DNA from: Anaerolineae bacterium
GTDB taxonomy: Bacteria; Chloroflexota; Anaerolineae; Epilineales; JAHCIE01
Reading direction: 5' to 3'
Assembly: GCA_046328535.1 (NCBI GenBank)
Contig: JAXLWJ010000023.1
Coordinates: 9,186-73,185 of the forward strand
Length of the DNA: 64,000 nt
Shown here: one piece after another, positions 57,777 through 64,000 of the stretch
Position numbering within the stretch: position 1 is the first letter of the stretch
Layout of the letters: each line of letters opens with the position of its first letter
Program-made: the position numbers and the translations under genes
The notes under the pieces: generated by a model
What the model was told of the DNA's origin: nothing
What the model saw: the letters and a program-made list of their open reading frames with translations, nothing else
The model's database searches: none

Positions 57777-58631
57777 TCAGGGAACCCAGAAATCGCTGTG
57801 GCTGTAGCAGGTGACCCCGTTGTAGCTGGCGACGACGTCAATCGGCACCTTGAAGCCGCCGCTGATCGAGCCGACATCGAACCAGATGAACATCTGCCCG
57901 TTGCCGTCGGCCGGGCCGTAGCCATAGGTGCGGTCACCCCACGGGTAGTGAACCACAATGTCCACGCGCGCGCCGGGCAACGGCCGGCCGTCCTGGTCGC
58001 GGATGGTGAAGTACATGTACTGGCGGCCCATGTTCATCTTGTTGTACTTCAGCCAGTGGGCGACGTTCAGCGCGTGAACCGGCGGCGGCCCCTGCGGAAC
58101 CCACTTGGGCTGCCACGGCTTCACCGGCTGGCCGGGGGCCACGGCGACGGGGTGGTACGCCGGCTCCTTGTGCGCGGGCGGCGCGGCGGCGGAGCAAAGG
58201 TCGGCGGCGATGGATGCGTAGCCGGACGTGCCGACCGTGGTCTGGCCGATGTAGCGGTAGCCGCCGCTCGTCGGCGACCACATCGCCGTCACGATCGTCA
58301 CACTCTGCGGCGTGTCCATGCCGTAGACGGCCTGGATGTAGCTGCCATAGTTCCAATTGATGTTGACGGGCTGGTCGAAGATGAACCGGCTGTGGTCGTA
58401 CGCGCCAGGCGGCGTAATGACCGTGCCGGGCGCCGGGCGAATGACTTCTTCGGAGGCGGTCCAGATGACAGCCGTCGGGCGGTCACCCCACGCCGTCGGC
58501 CAGCAGACCTGGACCGAGAGACGCGGCGCCGTGTCGGCTTCGCTGGGATCAATGCGATTCTCCCAGACGACCCAGGCCAGGGCGGCGACCAGGATAGGGA
58601 CAAGGCTCAGGTACAACAAAGCGCGCTTCAT
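57777..58631 (-). CDS. membrane-anchored hypothetical protein
   Basis: 284-aa ORF with an N-terminal TM/signal anchor (LLYLSLVPILVAALAWVVW). The C-terminal ~80 aa look like a carboxypeptidase-regulatory / Big-type beta-sandwich (FTIRDQDGRPLPGARVDIVV). Good intrinsic terminator downstream. Confidence 0.6.
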   Translation of the reverse strand: MKRALLYLSLVPILVAALAWVVWENRIDPSEADTAPRLSVQVCWPTAWGDRPTAVIWTASEEVIRPAPGTVITPPGAYDHSRFIFDQPVNINWNYGSYIQAVYGMDTPQSVTIVTAMWSPTSGGYRYIGQTTVGTSGYASIAADLCSAAAPPAHKEPAYHPVAVAPGQPVKPWQPKWVPQGPPPVHALNVAHWLKYNKMNMGRQYMYFTIRDQDGRPLPGARVDIVVHYPWGDRTYGYGPADGNGQMFIWFDVGSISGGFKVPIDVVASYNGVTCYSHSDFWVP

Positions 58632-58792
58632 GCCAGTCTCCTTAGTTTGTGAGGTAAATGGGGCGGCCTCTCATAACGTGAAGATATCTCACTGGCAAGA
58701 ACGAAACGCCCTATGAATACATTACGCCGCAAAGCGGCGCATGAGTGAATGTTATGTGAAAATGCCGGAAAGTTCACCCAATGTCCGGTGGA

Positions 58793-59836
58793 TTAGCGGA
58801 ACCAGCCCGACGGCTGCTTGACGGGCGCGCTCCACGAGGGCGCGGCGCTCGGCGGCGACGGCGGGCGGGAGCCGCCGGGCGGGGTGTAGCCGCCGGAGGA
58901 CGGCGGGCGATAGCCCGACGGCGGGGCGGTATATGGCTGGGGGACATACGCCTGCACAGGCGCGCGATAGACCGGCTGGGGTGGGATGTATTGCGGCTGG
59001 CTCAGCGGGGCGACATACTGCCGCGCCACCGGAACGGCGGTGCGCGTCGGTGTCGCGGTCGGCGCGGGCGTCGCCGTCCCCGTCGGCGACGGGGTTGCCG
59101 TGGGTGTCGCCGTCGCCGGCAGCTCGGCCGCCGCCGCCTGGGGAACCGCGCCGGGGATGACGGGCGGCGCGATGACGACGTCATCCGGCGCGGCGGGCGC
59201 CGGGACAACGCCACCGCCCTGCCGACCAAAGGGCGACATCGGGATGATCACGACGTCCGGCTGCGCGCCGGATGTCGTCACGGCGCTCCCGGCGGTCCGG
59301 CTGCTCGGCGCGGTCGGAACGACGCTCAGCGCCGCGGACCCGCCGCCCCAGTAATCGCCCGGCCCCTGCGCCGTCGGGTTGCTTTGCTGCCACGCCAGGT
59401 TGTCCATGACCTGGATCGCGGCAAGGCAGGCGAGCACGAGGACAAGGGCGGCGGCGAACGGGCGGAGGCGCACCCACAGCGGCGTCAGGGGGGGCAGCGG
59501 CCCCGGCACGAGGGCCAGCATCTCCGGGGTGCCGTCAACGCTCGCGGGAAGGGCCAGGTAGGCGTACTCGCCCTCGGTGGCGGCCTCGGCGAGGGGCGCG
59601 CGGACGGCCAGCGACGCCAGCAGGGCGCGTGTCTCCGGCTCCAGCTCGTCGGGCAGCAACAGCAACAGGCGGGCCGACTCGCCCGTGACCGCGTCCTGGA
59701 CGCGCGCCACGAAGAGGCCCGGCCGCGCCGGCCGCGCCTCGATCACCCGATAATGCCCCACTTGCTCCAAATGCCTGACGTCCAGCGCCATGCCGCCTCT
59801 CCGCCGTGAATCCGTCTTCTTACAGTTTAACGCCAA
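58793..59836 (-). CDS. single-pass membrane protein with Pro/Thr/Ala-rich extracellular tail
   Basis: 347-aa ORF. The likely start is the second Met at 59789-59791 (MALDVRHLEQ...). One TM helix (FAAALVLVLACLAAIQV) and a P/Y/Q-rich C-terminus. No motif recognised. Confidence 0.5.
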   Translation of the reverse strand: MALNCKKTDSRRRGGMALDVRHLEQVGHYRVIEARPARPGLFVARVQDAVTGESARLLLLLPDELEPETRALLASLAVRAPLAEAATEGEYAYLALPASVDGTPEMLALVPGPLPPLTPLWVRLRPFAAALVLVLACLAAIQVMDNLAWQQSNPTAQGPGDYWGGGSAALSVVPTAPSSRTAGSAVTTSGAQPDVVIIPMSPFGRQGGGVVPAPAAPDDVVIAPPVIPGAVPQAAAAELPATATPTATPSPTGTATPAPTATPTRTAVPVARQYVAPLSQPQYIPPQPVYRAPVQAYVPQPYTAPPSGYRPPSSGGYTPPGGSRPPSPPSAAPSWSAPVKQPSGWFR

Positions 59837-59881
59837 ACGGGGGCCGCTGTTACGCCGCCTGCCTGACGATCTTCATGCGAT

Positions 59882-60217
59882 TCACGCGCGGGCGGCGCTG
59901 TACTCGGCCGGTGCGAAGAAGACAAGGATTTCCAGCTCCTCCTCAATCGTGTGGAAGCGGTGGTCCACCCCCGCCGCGACGAAGACGATAGCGCCGGCGG
60001 ATACGGCGCGCTCCTCGCCGCCGACGTGGATCATGCCGCGCCCCCGCGCCACGTAATAGACCTCGTCCTCGGTGTGCGGCCCCTGCGGGTCTACGCCGCC
60101 CGCCGGCAGCACGTACAGCCCCATGCTGAGCGCGGGGACACGCAGGAACTCCAGGTACAGGCGGCCGGCCGCCGCTCGCTGCGCCGCCAACTCCGCTATC
60201 TCAAACGCTTGCACCAT
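59882..60217 (-). CDS. cupin domain protein
   Basis: 111-aa ORF reading ...GPHTEDEVYYVARGRG...G..VFV.AGV.HRF, a cupin two-motif pattern. Confidence 0.75.
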   Translation of the reverse strand: MVQAFEIAELAAQRAAAGRLYLEFLRVPALSMGLYVLPAGGVDPQGPHTEDEVYYVARGRGMIHVGGEERAVSAGAIVFVAAGVDHRFHTIEEELEILVFFAPAEYSAARA

Positions 60218-60257
60218 TCACCTCCCAGGCGCATTGGTTAGTCAATCACAGAGTGTA

Positions 60258-60286
60258 TTGACCCTTGCCCTACCCGCGCCTATAAT
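60258..60286 (+). promoter_or_regulatory. candidate promoter of the DUF4258-remnant/DUF2283 pair
   Basis: TTGACC - 17 nt - TATAAT, about 28 nt upstream of the ATG at 60315. Confidence 0.5.
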
Positions 60287-60314
60287 GATGTCATCAACCC
60301 GGTCGAAGACACTC

Positions 60315-60416
60315 ATGCCCTTTGCGAATCTTAGGCTAACTGCTCACGCCCGTCAACGAATGCAGCATCCTGACCCCGATGAGTGGGATGCCGATTTTAT
60401 GGTGAGGCGCTCATGA
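60315..60416 (+). pseudogene. truncated DUF4258-like toxin remnant
   Basis: 33-codon ORF MPFANLRLTAHARQRMQHPDPDEWDADFMVRRS. It has the ..HA..RM.. start of DUF4258 but only about 40% of the usual length. ATGA overlap with the DUF2283 gene. Confidence 0.4.
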
Positions 60417-60610
60417 AGGTCACCTACGACCGAGAAGCAGATGCAATGTACATCGTGTTTCGGGATGTCCAGGTAGCGAAGACAAGCCATGTTCAGCCAG
60501 GCGTAATCCTCGACTACGCTGCTGACGGCGAGCTTGTTGGAATGGAAATACTGTCGGCGTCCCGGCGAATGGAGGATCCCCAGGTGATCGAGTATACTGA
60601 GACCGTGTGA
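60413..60610 (+). CDS. DUF2283 domain protein, putative antitoxin partner of DUF4258
   Basis: ORF 60383..60610 trimmed to the ATG at 60413: MKVTYDREADAMYIVFRD...VILDYAADGELVGMEILSAS. Confidence 0.75.
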   Translation: MKVTYDREADAMYIVFRDVQVAKTSHVQPGVILDYAADGELVGMEILSASRRMEDPQVIEYTETV

Positions 60611-60645
60611 CGTGGCTAAGTAGCTCATCCCCCACCAAATGCAGC

Positions 60646-60674
60646 GCGCCCCTCTCCCGATCAGAGAGGGGCGC
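60646..60674. terminator. GC-rich hairpin between convergent genes, possible bidirectional terminator
   Basis: gcgcccctctc - ccgatca - gagaggggcgc. The T-tracts are weak on both sides. Confidence 0.35.
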
Positions 60675-60695
60675 GTGTGTGTCTCAGACCAGGGG

Positions 60696-61337
60696 TCAGG
60701 CCCGCGAGCGGCGATAGCGCATCGCCAGGCCGCCGGCGATGATCAGGCCGCCGAGGGCCGCCCAGATGATGGGGAAGCTGCCCCCCGTATCCGTCGCACC
60801 CGTCGCCGGCAGGGCGGAGGGCGTCGCCGCCGCCGCGACCGCGCCCACAGCGGGCGTGGCCGCCGCCGCTGCCGAGGCGGCCGCGGGTGTGCCGGCGGCG
60901 CCGGCGGCAGAAGCGGCCGCGCCCGTGGGCGTCGGTACCGGGGCCGCCTTGAATGTCAGGCTGGCGATCTTGTTGCTTGCGATTTTGGCGGTGACGAGCT
61001 GATTCGCGCCGGTGCTAGGCTTGGCCTCCCACGTCACGGTATCGCCGCTGGTCTTGACGCTACCCGCAACGGGGGTGTAGGTCAGCTTGGCGTTCGCGCT
61101 GGCTTGCAGCCACGACTTGATGAGGCCGGACGTGTTCAGGTAGTCGCCACTGGGCGGTGTCACGACGGCGTCGGGCGTGAACGTCGCCAGCGCCGCGTCC
61201 ACATTGCCAGCGTTGAACGCCGTGTTGAAGGCGGCGACGGGGGCCGGCACGTCAGTCTGGGCGACGACGGCGGGGACGACGACGAGGAGCGCGGCGATGA
61301 CGAGCATCCCCAGGACGGCCAGAACTTTTTGCTTCAT
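60696..61337 (-). CDS. LPXTG-anchored surface protein with NTF2/SnoaL-like domain
   Basis: Signal peptide, an NTF2-like ~100-aa domain and an Ala/Pro linker. It ends LPATG + GSFPIIWAALGGLIIAGGLA + MRYRRSRA, a classic sortase sorting signal. Confidence 0.75.
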   Translation of the reverse strand: MKQKVLAVLGMLVIAALLVVVPAVVAQTDVPAPVAAFNTAFNAGNVDAALATFTPDAVVTPPSGDYLNTSGLIKSWLQASANAKLTYTPVAGSVKTSGDTVTWEAKPSTGANQLVTAKIASNKIASLTFKAAPVPTPTGAAASAAGAAGTPAAASAAAAATPAVGAVAAAATPSALPATGATDTGGSFPIIWAALGGLIIAGGLAMRYRRSRA

Positions 61338-61579
61338 GGGTGGTTCTCCTTGACAATGGTGATGGACAAGAATGGACTCTGTGCCGACACCGCAATGATG
61401 ACCTCATCGGTGAGGGTTGTCAAGCGGGCCGAGGCCAATGCCCCTGATGCAGCATGAAACGTGCCACAGCGCGGGCGTGCCTAGTCAAATGATAATGTTA
61501 CCGGAGGGTGGCCTTCCGCGCCGATGGATGCTACAATGAGTGTCCCAACGACCGAGACAAGCGAGGACCACGACGACCG

Positions 61580-63658
61580 ATGCCCCAGTTCACCTATCCC
61601 CCAACGCCGACCGTCACCCAGATTGACGACTACCACGGCGCCCCCGTGGCCGACCCGTACCGCTGGCTGGAGGATACCGACGCGCCGGCGACACGCGCCT
61701 GGATCGAGGCGCAGAACGCCGTGACGTTCGATTTCCTGAGCCGCCTCCCCGCCCGGGACACCATCCGCCGCCGCCTCACCGCGCTGTGGGACATTCCCAC
61801 CCGCTGGGCGCCGGTCAAGCGCGGCGGGCGCTACTTCCAGCTCCGCAACAGCGGCCTCCAGAACCAGGATGTACTCTACGTCCTGGACGCGCTCGACGAC
61901 GCGGCGCGGGTCCTGCTCGACCCCAACACTCTCTCCGACGATGGGACGGTCGCCCTGACGAGTTGGTCGGTGAGCGACGATGGGCAGTGGCTGGCGTACG
62001 CCACCAGCGCGGGCGGCTCCGACTGGCTGACGTGGCGCATCCGCGACGTGGGTAGCGGCCAAGACCTGGCGGACGTCGTCGAGTGGAGCAAGTTCTCGGG
62101 CGCGGCGTGGCGGCCGGACGGCCGCGGCTTCTTCTACAGTCGCTACGACGCGCCCGCGCCGGGCCAGGGCTTGCTCGGCGTGAACTACAACCAGAAGGTG
62201 TACTTCCACACGCGGGGGACGCCCCAGAGCGAGGATCGCCTGATATACGAGCGGCCGGACCAGAAGGAGTGGGGCTTCGGCGCAAGGGTGAGCGATGACG
62301 GGCGCTACCTCATCCTGCACGTGACCCAGGGTACCGACGTGCGCACGCGCTTGCTCTACAAGGACCTCACGACGGACAGGCCGGTGGTCGAGCTGATCCC
62401 CGACCTGGAGGCGGCCTACTGGTTCGTCGGCGCCGACGGCCCGCTGTTCTATGTCCAGACGGACCTCGACGCACCGCGCGGCCGCCTCATCGCCATAGAC
62501 ACGACGGCCCCGGACAGGGCGCACTGGCGGACGATCATCGCGGAGGATGCCGACACCCTGGAGCACGTCGAGGCGGCGCATGACGGCTTCGTCGCCGTCT
62601 ACCTGCACGACGCCCACCATCAGCTGCGCCGCTTCGCCAGGGATGGCGCGCCGCGCGGCCACATCCCGCTGCCGACCCTGGGCGCCGTGCCGCTCTACTT
62701 CAATCGGCTGCAACTCAACGGGCGCGCGGGCGACGACGAACTGTTCTTCGCGTTCTGGTCCTTCCTCTTCCCCGTCACCGTCTACCGCTACGACTTCGGC
62801 CGCGCCGAGAGCGACGTGCTGTACGCGCCGCCGCTCAAGGTGGACACCAGCGGCTACGTCACGCGCCAGGTGTTCGCCGTCAGCAAGGACGGCACGCGCA
62901 TCCCGATGTTCCTCACCCACCGCGCGGACCTGCCACGCGACGGCCAGAACCCGACGCTGCTCTACGGCTACGGCGGCTTCAACATTGCCCTGACGCCGAG
63001 CTTCCAGGCGGGCCGCCTCGGCTGGCTCGACATGGGCGGCGTGCTGGCGTGGGCCAACCTGCGCGGCGGCGGGGAGTATGGTGAGACGTGGCATCAGGCG
63101 GGCATGCGCGAGAACAAGCAGAACGTGTTCGACGACTTCATCGCCTGCGCCGAGACCCTCATCGAGGAGCAGATCACGTCGCCGGCGAAGCTCGCCATCC
63201 AGGGCGGCTCGAACGGCGGCCTGCTCGTCGGCGCCGTCCTCAACCAGCGCCCGGAGCTGTTCGGCGCGGCGCTGCCCGCCGTCGGCGTCATGGATATGCT
63301 GCGCTTCCAACGGTTCACCATCGGCTGGGCGTGGGTCAGCGACTTCGGCTCGTCCGACGACGCGGCCGACTTCCGCACGCTGTACGCCTACTCGCCGCTC
63401 CACAACCTCCGGCCCGGGACGCGCTACCCGGCGGTGCTAGTGACCACCGGCGACCACGACGACCGCGTCGTGCCGGGCCACTCGTTCAAGTACGCCGCTG
63501 CGCTCCAGGCGGCGCAGGCGGGCGATGCTCCGACGCTGATTCGGATTCAGACCCGGGCCGGCCACGGGATGGGCAAGCCCACGGCAATGCTGATCGAGGA
63601 GACGGCCGATCAGTGGGCCTTCCTCGCCTATGCCCTCGGAATGGAGATCAACGAATGA
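61580..63658 (+). CDS. prolyl oligopeptidase (S9A)
   Basis: ORF 61508..63658 trimmed to the ATG at 61580 (MPQFTYPPTP...DDYHGAPVADPYRWLED). Nucleophile GGSNGGLL; ...TGDHDDRV...RAGHGMGKP. Confidence 0.92.
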   Translation: MPQFTYPPTPTVTQIDDYHGAPVADPYRWLEDTDAPATRAWIEAQNAVTFDFLSRLPARDTIRRRLTALWDIPTRWAPVKRGGRYFQLRNSGLQNQDVLYVLDALDDAARVLLDPNTLSDDGTVALTSWSVSDDGQWLAYATSAGGSDWLTWRIRDVGSGQDLADVVEWSKFSGAAWRPDGRGFFYSRYDAPAPGQGLLGVNYNQKVYFHTRGTPQSEDRLIYERPDQKEWGFGARVSDDGRYLILHVTQGTDVRTRLLYKDLTTDRPVVELIPDLEAAYWFVGADGPLFYVQTDLDAPRGRLIAIDTTAPDRAHWRTIIAEDADTLEHVEAAHDGFVAVYLHDAHHQLRRFARDGAPRGHIPLPTLGAVPLYFNRLQLNGRAGDDELFFAFWSFLFPVTVYRYDFGRAESDVLYAPPLKVDTSGYVTRQVFAVSKDGTRIPMFLTHRADLPRDGQNPTLLYGYGGFNIALTPSFQAGRLGWLDMGGVLAWANLRGGGEYGETWHQAGMRENKQNVFDDFIACAETLIEEQITSPAKLAIQGGSNGGLLVGAVLNQRPELFGAALPAVGVMDMLRFQRFTIGWAWVSDFGSSDDAADFRTLYAYSPLHNLRPGTRYPAVLVTTGDHDDRVVPGHSFKYAAALQAAQAGDAPTLIRIQTRAGHGMGKPTAMLIEETADQWAFLAYALGMEINE

Positions 63659-64000
63659 ACAGCAAGCAAGAGATCCTGACATCGCTCGGCGACGTATTCA
63701 ACCGCTGGGAAGAGCTGCTGGCCGGACGAAGCGAAGCGCAGATCACAGCGCCGATGACGCCGTCCGACTGGTCCATCAAGGACGTCATCGGCCACCTGGG
63801 GCTGTGGCAGGAGCGCACGATTGCGCGAGCGGCGGCGGCGGCGCACGGCGGGGATCCCCAGTACCCGGCCTGGCCGGCCGCGCAAAGTCCATTCTCGGAA
63901 GACGACGTGGAGCAGATCAACGCTTGGAATTACGAGCGGAAGCGCGCGGAACCCTGGCCGAGCGTCCACGCCGAGTGGCGCGACGGCTTTCGGCGGCTGC
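63655..64000 (+). CDS. DinB-family four-helix-bundle protein, 3' end outside the window
   Basis: My translation from the ATG at 63655 (ATGA overlap with the peptidase stop) gives MNSKQEILTSLGDVFNRWEELLAGRSEAQITAPMTPSDWSIKDVIGHLGLWQERTI... The frame stays open to the window end. Confidence 0.6.
   Translation, partial: MNSKQEILTSLGDVFNRWEELLAGRSEAQITAPMTPSDWSIKDVIGHLGLWQERTIARAAAAAHGGDPQYPAWPAAQSPFSEDDVEQINAWNYERKRAEPWPSVHAEWRDGFRRL

Noticed and set aside
61481-63403. A 640-aa minus-strand ORF. Similar long antisense ORFs occur at 15912..17471, 13559..14848, 10277..11389, 6736..7992, 5535..6845, 7782..8879, 22033..23148, 31870..32955, 33462..34592 and 56053..57684.
   Set aside because: Each lies opposite a plus-strand gene with clear family motifs (prolyl oligopeptidase, GT4s, hypD/E and others). 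All have Arg/Gly/Asp/His-rich low-information translations.

Overview
This is a very GC-rich, densely coding bacterial chromosomal segment. An LPXTG-anchored protein, an MGDG-synthase-like gene and many short palindromic repeats suggest a monoderm, Chloroflexota-like genome; I cannot verify the taxonomy. I support about 59 protein-coding features and found no rRNA, tRNA, CRISPR array, transposase or prophage genes.

Main blocks, in order:
- 1-6838: housekeeping genes plus an MNT-HEPN toxin-antitoxin pair.
- 6844-24868: a 15-gene, single-strand glycan assembly locus. It has a Wzm/Wzt-type exporter whose ATPase carries a C-terminal beta-sandwich domain, seven GT4 and two GT2 genes, and a Dpm1-like/GT-C pair.
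- 25072-28083: an ECF sigma factor with a giant anti-sigma-like protein.
- 28556-30386: a lipoprotein plus di-heme peroxidase pair.
- 31739-35190: hypCDEAB.
- 38349-44962: gltB and pyrG.
- 45215-48516: a circularly permuted ATP-grasp / alpha-E / transglutaminase operon.
- 48765-51008: a large secreted-protein gene broken by frameshifts.
- 51219-64000: glgC, a PGI-like gene that has lost the PGI motifs, and several secreted or anchored proteins and peptidases.

The most unusual signals are these:
1. A roughly 45-aa WYV.P...QQ..FN module followed by coiled coil occurs three times inside the glycan locus. The locus has no recognisable chain terminator even though its Wzt carries the cap-reader-type domain.
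2. At least five families of miniature palindromic repeats are present, and several copies sit in frame inside coding sequences. These include a roughly 200-nt mosaic inside the GT-C gene.
3. The anti-sigma-like protein has six tandem copies of its cytoplasmic module.
4. An unrecognised, duplicated 6-Cys domain of about 155 aa sits at the end of the frameshifted secreted protein.

All functional calls come from motifs read by eye in the supplied translations. No database search was possible.
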